Below are positions 1 to 8,148 of a stretch of DNA of 24,000 nucleotides, piece by piece (position 1 is the stretch's first letter; each line of letters opens with the position of its first letter). A program made the position numbers and the translations under genes. The notes under the pieces were generated by a model that was not told the DNA's origin, ran no database searches, and was given only the letters and a program-made list of their open reading frames with translations. Source of the DNA: Stenotrophomonas phage Philippe; sequence record MZ326861.1. The stretch is one strand, 5' to 3'.

Positions 1-1
1 G

Positions 2-412
2 CGTGTCATTACTGTGCTGAATCGGGAAACTGATTCGGAAGTCACTGACAATGTAGGCATGGCCCACACTCTGTGGAGCCATTACCTGCGTACTGGGTTC
101 CTGAGTGCTCGCATTCTGGATTACATCGACTCGTACACCATTGGCATGATGGATCGTGAAGTTATCACGGATCTGGTGCTCAGCCTGCCGGCTAAACCCT
201 TCCGTGTCATCAGTGTGCACGATTGCTTCCGTGTGCTGCCGAACTACGGTAATGACCTGCGTGAGCAGTACAACCTGATCCTGCACAAGATCGCCAAGAG
301 CAACATCCTGTCGGATCTGTTGACCCAGCTGGTGGGTCACAAGGTGGAGATTTCTCCGCTGGACCCGACCATGGCTGATGAAATCCTGCACTCCAACTAC
401 GCACTGTCCTGA
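2..412 (+). CDS. C-terminal fragment of a possible phage single-subunit (T7-like) RNA polymerase; truncated at window start
   Basis: Frame is open back to base 2. The C-terminus 'FRVISVHDCFRVLP...LREQYNLILHKIAKSNILSDLLTQL...ILHSNYALS' resembles the motif C 'HDSFGT' region and the '...ILESDFAFA' terminus of T7 RNAP. Only ~137 aa are visible. Confidence 0.4.
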   Translation, partial: RVITVLNRETDSEVTDNVGMAHTLWSHYLRTGFLSARILDYIDSYTIGMMDREVITDLVLSLPAKPFRVISVHDCFRVLPNYGNDLREQYNLILHKIAKSNILSDLLTQLVGHKVEISPLDPTMADEILHSNYALS

Positions 413-421
413 TCTACAATT

Positions 422-455
422 GGGCCAGCTCTCCTTCGGGGGAGCTGGCCCCTTA
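422..455 (+). terminator. Intrinsic terminator-like hairpin with UUCG tetraloop
   Basis: GGGCCAGCTCTCC-TTCG-GGGGAGCTGGCCC (about 13 bp including one T-G pair), directly after the stop codon at 412. Only a short T run follows. Confidence 0.75.
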
Positions 456-474
456 ATAGCTATAAGGATAGAAA

Positions 475-1008
475 ATGCGTTATCAGATCTCGATTGACAA
501 CCGCAATCCGCTGGACAAGCACGTCAACGTGGATGCTGTCGGTACTGCTCTCGAAGCAGGCTTCACCAAGATCGGCGAGTTCGATCACGGCGATGAAGGT
601 GATGAAACCGACAGCCTGCCGAAGGCTCCTGTGAGCCATGTGCTCTACCACCACGTGCAGGAAGCCCTGTACCACGCCAAGAATGTGCAGCCTGTGGTGG
701 GTGGCTTCTGGCCCGACAACATCACCGACATGCAGACGGTGAGCATCCATGCTCCTGTGGCTGTGACTGCTGTGGACCTGACTCCGGACACTGCTACGGT
801 GGACGTGGGTGATACGGTCCAACTGGTTCCGACGTTCACTCCGAACACCGCAACCAACAAGTCGGTGACTTACCAGTCGTCCGCTCCGGCCACCGCAACC
901 GTCAGTGAGACGGGTCTGGTGACTGGTGTGGCTGCCGGTGAGGCTACCATCACCGTCACCACGGCAAGTGGTGCCAAGACTGCAACGTCGGTGGTTACCG
1001 TCGAGTAA
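475..1008 (+). CDS. Ig-like (BIG2-type) domain protein, possibly a virion/decoration protein
   Basis: 177 aa ORF. The C-terminus 'VAVTAVDLTPDTATVDVGDTVQLVPTFTPNTATNKSVTYQSSAPATATVSETGLVTGVAAGEATITVTTASG' is a typical bacterial Ig-like group 2 pattern. RBS-like AAGGAT upstream. Confidence 0.8.
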   Translation: MRYQISIDNRNPLDKHVNVDAVGTALEAGFTKIGEFDHGDEGDETDSLPKAPVSHVLYHHVQEALYHAKNVQPVVGGFWPDNITDMQTVSIHAPVAVTAVDLTPDTATVDVGDTVQLVPTFTPNTATNKSVTYQSSAPATATVSETGLVTGVAAGEATITVTTASGAKTATSVVTVE

Positions 1009-1041
1009 AACTCCAGACTTTTTGTTTGGATAGTACACACC

Positions 1042-1067
1042 AAGGCCCGCAGAGATGCGGGCCTTTT
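1042..1067 (+). terminator. Intrinsic terminator
   Basis: AAGGCCCGC-AGAGAT-GCGGGCCTT followed by TT; 9 bp perfect stem in the gap between genes. Confidence 0.85.
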
Positions 1068-1087
1068 CATTGGACAAGGAGATAGAC

Positions 1088-1837
1088 GTGTTCCCCTCGC
1101 AAGAAACGATCACCAAGCAAATCGCACACTTCGTGGACGTGCATGTGCGTTCGGAAGCTCGTATCCGTCCGCACTTCTTCCTTACCGGGCCGACTGGTAC
1201 TGGTAAGAGCTACCTCACCAAGAAGATCTGTGAGGCAAGCGAAGTACCCTTCTTCGAGATCAACGCTGCACAGCTGACCGCTGAAGGTCTGTCTGGCAAC
1301 TCGCTGAGCAAGGCTCTGCGTCCGCTGCGTCACAACTGGGATCGACCCAATGTGATCTTCGTGGATGAGTTCGACAAGCTGTTCCAGCGTAACGGTGAGA
1401 GCACTGAAGGCTTCCGCAATCAGGTGCAGGACGAATTCCTGCATGTGCTGGAAGCACAGTACGCCAGTGTCTTCGCAGACTACGGCAAGTACGAACCGAT
1501 CAAGGCTGACAACAGCCTCTTCATCTTCGCCGGTGCATTCAATGGCCAGAAGATCCGAACCATGGATGACATGGCAGGCACTGGCATGCGTCCTGAGTTC
1601 GTGGGCCGTGTACCACTGGTTCTGTTCACCGAGAAGGTGTCGATGGATGAGCTGCGAAGGGCACTGCCCAAGACGGATCTCTTCCGTAACTACATGCGCC
1701 TGTTCCCGGAGACTGTCGAGTCGAAGGCTGTGCGTGCGATCTGCAATATGATCGAGAGTCAGTCGAAGCAGACCAACATCGGCATCCGCCAGATGGCTTC
1801 GTGCACGCACCAGTACTTCATGAAGGACTCGGTATAA
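1088..1837 (+). CDS. AAA+ ATPase, ClpX/HslU-like
   Basis: GTG start at 1088 preceded by AAGGAG (1076-1081). Walker A 'GPTGTGKSY', Walker B 'VIFVDEFDKLF', and the ClpX-like segment 'GTGMRPEFVGRVPLVLFTEKVSMDEL'. The ORF-track start (1055) lies inside the terminator. Confidence 0.85.
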   Translation: MFPSQETITKQIAHFVDVHVRSEARIRPHFFLTGPTGTGKSYLTKKICEASEVPFFEINAAQLTAEGLSGNSLSKALRPLRHNWDRPNVIFVDEFDKLFQRNGESTEGFRNQVQDEFLHVLEAQYASVFADYGKYEPIKADNSLFIFAGAFNGQKIRTMDDMAGTGMRPEFVGRVPLVLFTEKVSMDELRRALPKTDLFRNYMRLFPETVESKAVRAICNMIESQSKQTNIGIRQMASCTHQYFMKDSV

Positions 1838-1839
1838 AG

Positions 1840-2169
1840 ATGGATGCCTACGATACAGCTCAGAGAGCTGACTCGTACTACCAACGCGTGATCAACGCAC
1901 CTGCGGGTAAGTGGGTGCGTGTCACCTGCAAATACGGGTGCAAAGAATCACGTCGAAAGACGTGGGAGCAGTTGTTGTTGATGCTCGACCTGTTCGGGCA
2001 CAAGTACGAAACTCCCAAGGCAAATCACTTCTCCATCCGTCTGAGGGTGGAGAAGGTTTTCAAACCACAAACAGCATCAGTAATCAAAGCCTTTCAGGCT
2101 ATCGTCGATGACATACCTGACCCGCTGCCCGATTACTACCACCAACTCCTAGAGGCATACCTCAAATGA
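1840..2169 (+). CDS. Hypothetical protein
   Basis: ATG at 1840 just after the upstream stop; 109 aa ORF in a tightly packed operon. Confidence 0.7.
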   Translation: MDAYDTAQRADSYYQRVINAPAGKWVRVTCKYGCKESRRKTWEQLLLMLDLFGHKYETPKANHFSIRLRVEKVFKPQTASVIKAFQAIVDDIPDPLPDYYHQLLEAYLK

Positions 2170-2576
2170 GCAGCACCGTTCGTTCCCGTGGTTTCATCGC
2201 GATCATCGCGAATCCTGACAAGCGACTGGATTACAGCAATCGCGATGAAGAAGCCGAGCGTTATCGCGAAGAGTTCCATGATCGTCTGTACGACGACAAG
2301 ACTGGCCTCGCTCTGAGCAACGATGGCCGACTGGTCTACATCGACCAACTGAAGCATGCTGGATGGGCTATCCGTGAGGATATCTACTCGCTGGAACTGG
2401 GCAGCATCGACATTGATGGTGCAGCCGAGTTCACTGCTGCATGCGAGACGTGGAAGCTCAACGTCATTCCGGGCAGCATCGTTCCGTACAGCTGCATCTG
2501 GTACAACGCCAGCGAATCCCCGATGGCTCGACTGACCGTCGAAGAATTCTGCAAGAAGACGGGAGTGGTGCTCTGA
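2166..2576 (+). CDS. Hypothetical protein
   Basis: 136 aa ORF with ATGA-type overlap with the neighbouring genes. Confidence 0.7.
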   Translation: MSSTVRSRGFIAIIANPDKRLDYSNRDEEAERYREEFHDRLYDDKTGLALSNDGRLVYIDQLKHAGWAIREDIYSLELGSIDIDGAAEFTAACETWKLNVIPGSIVPYSCIWYNASESPMARLTVEEFCKKTGVVL

Positions 2577-2950
2577 TGAAAGGCCCAGAAATCAACGAAT
2601 TCAGTGACGTCGTGTACCTCTGCTGCGTCATCGCATGGGGCATCCTGCTGAGTATCCCCGTGCTCATGTACGGTGGTTACGTGACCGGCATCATGTGGGA
2701 GAACTTCGTGTACCCACTGGCTCCGACGATCCTCGTACCGCAGCTCTCCGTGGCTCACGCACTGGGTCTGCTGCTGATCTGCATGATGCCGTTCCGTCGC
2801 ATCCTGATGGATCTGCGTCGGTTCCTGACTGATCAGGAAGACCCGATTGAGGTCTACACCTTCAGTGGCGTCACCACGTCTGCTGTGACCAGTGCACTGA
2901 TCCTGTGTTACTTCCAAGCTCTGGCTGCAGCCTTCAAGTACTTCATGTGA
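2576..2950 (+). CDS. Small membrane protein
   Basis: ATG at 2576 overlaps the upstream TGA. Hydrophobic segments 'VVYLCCVIAWGILLSIPVLMYGGYVTGIMW' and 'LSVAHALGLLLICMMPF', plus a C-terminal hydrophobic stretch. Confidence 0.65.
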   Translation: MKGPEINEFSDVVYLCCVIAWGILLSIPVLMYGGYVTGIMWENFVYPLAPTILVPQLSVAHALGLLLICMMPFRRILMDLRRFLTDQEDPIEVYTFSGVTTSAVTSALILCYFQALAAAFKYFM

Positions 2951-3294
2951 TGAAAACTGACCGTAGAAATACGGTCATCAAGAAGATCCAAGACCGGTGC
3001 GAGATCGTCTATACCGGCTACACGCCTGATGGTCAGCCCTCACCTTGTCACCTCTGGAAAGGTCCAACTTCCGGAAAGGGTCGAGGTGGGGGCTATGGCC
3101 GTATGTCTCTTGATGGCCAGACCGTAGCAGTGCACCTGATCACATTCACCCACTACCACGGGTATATCCCGAGTAAGAAACAGGTGGATCACCTGTGCTA
3201 TCAGAGACTGTGCTGTAACCCTCAACACTTGGAGCTGGTGACCCATCTCCAGAACCAACGGCGTCGTGGTAAGCGAGCCAAGGGAAAGACATGA
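2950..3294 (+). CDS. HNH endonuclease-like protein (homing-endonuclease type)
   Basis: ATG at 2950. 'CHLWKG...GYGRMSLDGQTVAVHLITFTHYHGYIPSKKQVDHLCYQRLCCNPQHLELVTHLQN' matches the phage HNH_3-like pattern (VDHLC....CCNPxHLELVT). Confidence 0.85.
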   Translation: MKTDRRNTVIKKIQDRCEIVYTGYTPDGQPSPCHLWKGPTSGKGRGGGYGRMSLDGQTVAVHLITFTHYHGYIPSKKQVDHLCYQRLCCNPQHLELVTHLQNQRRRGKRAKGKT

Positions 3295-3647
3295 GCGATA
3301 TTGATCCGAGCATTCTGGGATTCTTCCCCAATGGCAATCCAATCCGCGAAACACCGGCCGGGCACATCAGCACTGCTGCATTCATCCATTGCGAGTACTG
3401 CAACAAAGCGATCAAGTCCAACGGTGGTCCATCCTATGGGTCAATCTGCATCGAGTGTGTACCCAAAGAGGGTGCAATTCTGATGCGAGAGGCTTACAGC
3501 GGTGAGTCGATCTCTGACGTGTTCCGTCACGTTGAAGAAGCTTTCGATGCTCGCATGACTCCGCAATTCGGACTGATTCCACAAGACGAACACGGCTTCC
3601 AGAAGGGTGCGTTCACTGTGGTAATCAAATGGGTACCGGGAGACTGA
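3291..3647 (+). CDS. Hypothetical protein with CxxC...CxxC putative zinc site
   Basis: 118 aa ORF overlapping the upstream stop; 'CEYCNKAIKSNGGPSYGSICIEC'. Confidence 0.7.
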   Translation: MSDIDPSILGFFPNGNPIRETPAGHISTAAFIHCEYCNKAIKSNGGPSYGSICIECVPKEGAILMREAYSGESISDVFRHVEEAFDARMTPQFGLIPQDEHGFQKGAFTVVIKWVPGD

Positions 3648-3651
3648 ACCA

Positions 3652-4068
3652 ATGGCTATGAAGCGTAGTGACCGTTGGGATCAAACTCCCAACCATTCAA
3701 AGAAGCTGCTCCTTGATCAGCTGATCAGCGTGTTCAGTGAGGCATTGAAACATCTGGCTTCGGATAAGCTCGAAGACAACAAAGAAATCTGCATCTGCTA
3801 CGCGATCAACAAAACGAATCTACCAGCAGCATGGATGATTTATGCCAAGGAAGTAATCAACCGTGGCCTCGGGAAGTACGCTTACTTCACGGGGTGGATG
3901 GCAGGAAATGCCGGTAAGCCTCCCAGCTACGCTTACTTGATTGGTTACTCACGAAGCCAAGCCGCTCGACGTGCATGGCTAAAGCAACTCATTCGTGACT
4001 ACAAGGCAGAACTCCGCCGAGTAGAAAAGGAGATACAGAAGAGTGACGAAATCATCCGAATGGCTTGA
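3652..4068 (+). CDS. Hypothetical protein
   Basis: 138 aa ORF in operon context. Confidence 0.65.
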   Translation: MAMKRSDRWDQTPNHSKKLLLDQLISVFSEALKHLASDKLEDNKEICICYAINKTNLPAAWMIYAKEVINRGLGKYAYFTGWMAGNAGKPPSYAYLIGYSRSQAARRAWLKQLIRDYKAELRRVEKEIQKSDEIIRMA

Positions 4069-4369
4069 TCCGCTCTACCTGTGTCCCATGCAGGCCGTGG
4101 TACCTGTTGATCACCTGCTTATGCCTCTCGGGCAATCTGCGATTGCCCTCGGGCAGCTGGTGCTCTGTCAGGTACTCACGGCCCTGATGAATCCGGGACA
4201 GATAGTAGTTGTAGATACACAAGCAGCAAGCATGTTCAGCGATTCCCGATGGGAATCCGCAATCGGCTTGATCGCCAAAGCTGCGAAATGCAGATACGTG
4301 CTCGACGTCAAATTGAACGCTAAAGCGGAATTGACTGTCGCAACCATCCGTTTTGAATCTCTGGAGTAA
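4043..4369 (+). CDS. Hypothetical protein (start uncertain; 4088 is an alternative)
   Basis: 108 aa ORF between two packed genes; internal ATG at 4088 would avoid overlap. Confidence 0.5.
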   Translation: MTKSSEWLDPLYLCPMQAVVPVDHLLMPLGQSAIALGQLVLCQVLTALMNPGQIVVVDTQAASMFSDSRWESAIGLIAKAAKCRYVLDVKLNAKAELTVATIRFESLE

Positions 4370-4373
4370 AACC

Positions 4374-4733
4374 ATGTCTGATCGCACCCCGCAGACCGAT
4401 GCACTGGACACCCTCGGCCTGATCCATTTCCGTCCTGAAAAGCGTGATGCAATCCATCTAGCTGTCGAAGCTGTGGAAGCTACTGCATGTTTTGAACCGG
4501 GTGATCACATCGGGATCATCGAAGGCAAGGCGTACATTGCAGGTTCGGCTTTCCCGAGAGATCAGGTGAAGTTGGAAACGTATCCGAAGACTGTTCCGTA
4601 TCACGGCATCGTGGATCCGTTCCTGCACCGTGGCCCGAATGCAGGCGAACGCTTCTGGTTCGTCATGAAGCCCCGCGAGGTTCGTTCCCTGCGTCACGTG
4701 TGGGAACACCCTGACTTCCCGGAGGGTGAGTGA
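4374..4733 (+). CDS. Hypothetical protein
   Basis: ATG at 4374; stop TGA at 4731-4733 overlaps the next ATG. Confidence 0.7.
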   Translation: MSDRTPQTDALDTLGLIHFRPEKRDAIHLAVEAVEATACFEPGDHIGIIEGKAYIAGSAFPRDQVKLETYPKTVPYHGIVDPFLHRGPNAGERFWFVMKPREVRSLRHVWEHPDFPEGE

Positions 4734-5101
4734 TGCAAGTCTATCGTGGAGGCGATCTCGAAATCGAGTGGCCCGAAACCAAAGAAGAGTGGGATCAGCA
4801 TCATGCTGGTGTGATGCTCAATGACCCCAAAGACCTAGCCCGTGCATGGATCATTGCTTACGCCGACCAACTGACTGCACAGTCAGCAGAGGCTGACCAA
4901 GATACCGTAACAATCGGGGATCTGATGCGTGCTGCTCTGAGCCATGTGGACGGTACGGAACACTGGGGCGATTACATCAGTCGTGGCGGTGCCTTTGAAG
5001 GTCAAGGAACTGATCCGCTGTTCTGGGAACACTTCCGTACTCTGGTGAAGGGCGAATACAACCAAGACAACGAGAACAACTTCTTCAGTTGTTCCTGCTG
5101 A
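4733..5101 (+). CDS. Hypothetical protein
   Basis: ATG at 4733 in a TGATG overlap; 122 aa. Confidence 0.7.
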   Translation: MQVYRGGDLEIEWPETKEEWDQHHAGVMLNDPKDLARAWIIAYADQLTAQSAEADQDTVTIGDLMRAALSHVDGTEHWGDYISRGGAFEGQGTDPLFWEHFRTLVKGEYNQDNENNFFSCSC

Positions 5102-5109
5102 GGTGAACC

Positions 5110-5514
5110 ATGAGCGAAGCTCCGAAAGTCATCTATCTCGACGGTACTGAAGAGCTTCGTTCCGTCGATGATCTGCTGTTACCCAACCGCAAATCAGAAT
5201 TCAAAATCAACAGGCATTCGCTTGTTGTGCTGACTGCACTCTGGAATGCAACGATGAATCCCGGCAAGTGGATTGTGATTCCGGCAGAAGTAGCCAACTG
5301 CATAACCCACTACCGACAAGGGATTGTGGAACGTAATCGCGGACTGTACCAAGCCGATCCTAAGCCGATTGATCTGCAAAGTATTGCAAAAGAGCTTCGG
5401 ATCCAAATCGAATTCCGAGAGAACCACCTAAACTCGTACACGAGGCAGTACATGCTTCGTGCCATCCCTGAAATGGTTCCTGAACTTCGCAAGAACCTTT
5501 ACGCCTCTTTCTAG
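5110..5514 (+). CDS. Hypothetical protein
   Basis: 134 aa ORF following 'TGAGGTGAACC'. Confidence 0.7.
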   Translation: MSEAPKVIYLDGTEELRSVDDLLLPNRKSEFKINRHSLVVLTALWNATMNPGKWIVIPAEVANCITHYRQGIVERNRGLYQADPKPIDLQSIAKELRIQIEFRENHLNSYTRQYMLRAIPEMVPELRKNLYASF

Positions 5515-5523
5515 GAGACATAC

Positions 5524-6600
5524 GTGGCAAACGGCTATTCCTACAAGGTCAACGCACGACAGTTGACACCCCTGATCATCCAAGCAGTCGGTGCCGGTCT
5601 GGTTCCCTTCGTGCAGGCAAGTCCCGGTGTTGGCAAGTCCAGCGTCATGCGTGCCGTTGCTGACAAGTATCGTCTGAAGATGATCGACCATCGACTGGCT
5701 GCGTCCATGCCGGAAGACTTCAACGGCCTGCCTCGTTTCGAGAATGGCCGTGCTTACTTCAGCCCGTTCAGTGATCTGTTCCCGCTGGAAGGTGATCGTC
5801 TGCCGGGCAATGTGGAACTCACCGATGGAACCTTCCAAGAACCAACCCATGAGGGTTGGATGCTGTTCCTCGATGAAATGAACCAAGCCAGCAAGGCTGT
5901 GCAGGCTGCAAGCTACAAGCTCATCCTCGACAAGATGGTGGGTCAGCATCGTCTGCATCCCAAGTGTGTCATCACTGCTGCTGGTAACCTGACCACTGAC
6001 CGTGCACTGGCAAGCAACCTCGGCACTGCACTGCAGAGCCGTCTGATCCACTTCGAGATGGAAGTGAGCCACAAGGTCTGGCTGGAAGACGTGGCTTACG
6101 CCAACGACTATGACTTCCGAGTCATTGCATTTCTGAGCCAGTATCCCAACAAGCTCATGGACTTCGATCCTGAGCACGAGAACAAGACGTTCTGCTGTCC
6201 TCGCACGTGGGAGTTCGTCAATGCAATGATCAAGGATCAGCCCGTCAGCGACAAAATCACCCCACTTCTGGCAGGTACGATCACCGAAGGCGTTGCCGTC
6301 GAGTTCGTGCAGTTCTGTCAGGTCATCGACAAGATGGTCAAGGTGACTGAAGTGCTGGCTGGTCCTGACAGCTGCCGTCTGCCGGAAGGTCCATCTGCAA
6401 CATGGGCAACCGTGGCTGCACTGATGGAAAACACCACCATGGAGAACTTCGACAAGGTGGCCAAGTACGCCGAACGTCTGGATATGGACTTCCGGCTGCT
6501 GTACTTCCGTGGTGCGATCTTCCGCAACAAGCTGCTGGCCAGCACCCCGACCTTTGCACAGGTTCGTGTGCGTCTGGCCAAGTACCTCACTGCCGATTAA
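5524..6600 (+). CDS. MoxR-like AAA+ ATPase
   Basis: GTG start. Walker A 'ASPGVGKSS', 'LFLDEMNQASKAVQAASYKLILDKMVGQHRL', sensor 'VITAAGNLTTDRA', and 'LQSRLIHFEM' are typical of the MoxR family. Confidence 0.9.
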   Translation: MANGYSYKVNARQLTPLIIQAVGAGLVPFVQASPGVGKSSVMRAVADKYRLKMIDHRLAASMPEDFNGLPRFENGRAYFSPFSDLFPLEGDRLPGNVELTDGTFQEPTHEGWMLFLDEMNQASKAVQAASYKLILDKMVGQHRLHPKCVITAAGNLTTDRALASNLGTALQSRLIHFEMEVSHKVWLEDVAYANDYDFRVIAFLSQYPNKLMDFDPEHENKTFCCPRTWEFVNAMIKDQPVSDKITPLLAGTITEGVAVEFVQFCQVIDKMVKVTEVLAGPDSCRLPEGPSATWATVAALMENTTMENFDKVAKYAERLDMDFRLLYFRGAIFRNKLLASTPTFAQVRVRLAKYLTAD

Positions 6601-6610
6601 GGAGTGGTCA

Positions 6611-7816
6611 ATGACCTTCGCTGCTGTGGATCCGAGAGAGATCCAAGAAATGGGACTGGGACGTCAACTGGATCGAGCCAAGGCGGAGATCTTCCGCCAA
6701 GGCAAGAATAGTGCGTTCTATGGTTCCATCATGTGTGGTCTGGAGTTCATCTGGACCCGTGATACAGAAACCGCAGCGACGGATGGGGTTCGCTTGTACT
6801 GGAACCCCGACTTCTTCCAACGCTGTGACGTCAAAACGAATGCCTTCGTGCTGCTACATGAGCTGCAACATGCAGCTCGACTGCACATGATCCGTCGTCA
6901 GACCCGCAATCCGGAAGACTGGAATGTGGCCTGTGACTACCGCATCAACAATGATCAGGTGGCAGAGCAGTTCACCTACAGTGGTGTGAAGCCCTACGTG
7001 GATCGCTCGCTGGACAATCCAAAGCGACTGTCCGAGGAAGAGATCTACGACCTGATCCAGAAGGGCAAACTCACTCCGCCACCGTCAGGTGGTAAGGGTA
7101 GTGGTAAGCCCACGGGTGGTGGTGGCCCCAAATACGATCACTGGGAATCTGGTGATGGTGGTGGCGATATCATCGAAGTGTCCGCAGAAGACGTGGTGAA
7201 AGCAGTCAACAATGTTGTCGCTGCAGTCCACGTTGCAAAGTCTGCTGGCGAACACGTCGATAGTTCGATCACCGACATGATCAGTACGTTCCTGAAGCCC
7301 ATCGTTCCGTGGCAGAGCAAGCTGCTACGCTTCCTCACGGATCAGATGGACATGGATCGTACATGGGCACGTCCGAACCGTCGCTACAGCGATATCTACC
7401 TTCCCGGCATCAAGCCGGAGGATGGACGTCTCGAACACCTGATGTTCTTCCAAGACGTCAGTGGTTCGATCAGCGAAGCTGACTCCATCCGCTTCAACAG
7501 TGAGTTGAAGTGGATCTGGGATGAGCTGCAACCCCTGAAGATGACGATTGCCCAGTTCGATACACGCATCCGCAAGGTGGACGTGATCGAGGACGGTGAC
7601 CGTTACGACTGGATGGAAATCGTAGGCCGAGGTGGAACCAGTCTGGATCCAGTGAGACAGATGATCCTGAAGGAGAAGCCGACTGCAGCTATCATCTTCA
7701 GCGATCTGTATTGCGAGGTGATGGACACCACAGGAATCAAGATTCCGTTGTTGTGGGTCTGCATCGCTAATCGTTCTGCAGAGGTGCAACGTGGTGAAAT
7801 CATCCACATCCAGTAA
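6611..7816 (+). CDS. VWA-domain protein with metallopeptidase-like N-terminal region (VWA-like/DUF2201 type)
   Basis: ATG at 6611. 'FVLLHELQHAARLHMIRRQTRNPEDWNVACDYRINNDQ' is a zinc-peptidase-like helix. C-terminal 'MFFQDVSGSISEADSIRFNSEL...TIAQFDTRI...VGRGGTSLDPV' is a VWA/MIDAS-like fold. Located directly downstream of the MoxR gene. Confidence 0.85.
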   Translation: MTFAAVDPREIQEMGLGRQLDRAKAEIFRQGKNSAFYGSIMCGLEFIWTRDTETAATDGVRLYWNPDFFQRCDVKTNAFVLLHELQHAARLHMIRRQTRNPEDWNVACDYRINNDQVAEQFTYSGVKPYVDRSLDNPKRLSEEEIYDLIQKGKLTPPPSGGKGSGKPTGGGGPKYDHWESGDGGGDIIEVSAEDVVKAVNNVVAAVHVAKSAGEHVDSSITDMISTFLKPIVPWQSKLLRFLTDQMDMDRTWARPNRRYSDIYLPGIKPEDGRLEHLMFFQDVSGSISEADSIRFNSELKWIWDELQPLKMTIAQFDTRIRKVDVIEDGDRYDWMEIVGRGGTSLDPVRQMILKEKPTAAIIFSDLYCEVMDTTGIKIPLLWVCIANRSAEVQRGEIIHIQ

Positions 7817-7843
7817 GCAGCAACTTGCACAGGCCAAGAGAGA

Positions 7844-7865
7844 ACGTCGTGCTCAGGCACGACGT
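7844..7865 (+). promoter_or_regulatory. Perfect intergenic RNA hairpin without U-tract
   Basis: ACGTCGTGC-TCAG-GCACGACGT, 9 bp perfect stem in the ~150 nt gap between 7816 and 7967. Confidence 0.6.
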
Positions 7866-7966
7866 GAACTCCTGTTCGGTACTCTGTTCAAGTATTGCCC
7901 ACACTACACAGCTGCCAGATTGAGAGCTGTGCATCCCACTTACATCATCGACGTAACGGAGAAACC

Positions 7967-8134
7967 ATGATCGACTACAAGAAGCGTGCCATCAAGGAAC
8001 GCCGCCGTAAGGGCAAGGCACGCTACGCTGCCTACATCTCGGGCCTGCGTAACTACGCCCCGATGCAGGGTTCACTGCGAGCCAAGCGAAGCCATGCAAG
8101 TGGCAATGACGTTGCCGCTGGTTGGGACGTCTAA
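7967..8134 (+). CDS. Small basic hypothetical protein
   Basis: ATG at 7967 preceded by GGAGAAACC; 'MIDYKKRAIKERRRKGKARYAAYISGLRNYAPMQGSLRAKRSHASGNDVAAGWDV'. Confidence 0.65.
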   Translation: MIDYKKRAIKERRRKGKARYAAYISGLRNYAPMQGSLRAKRSHASGNDVAAGWDV

Positions 8135-8148
8135 CCGGGAGATCTACC

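Noticed and set aside
374-380. Additional CTGATGA matches (e.g. in the left-edge ORF and near 13518 and 13897)
   Set aside because: Not followed by a stem II hairpin and GAAA; chance occurrences in coding sequence.
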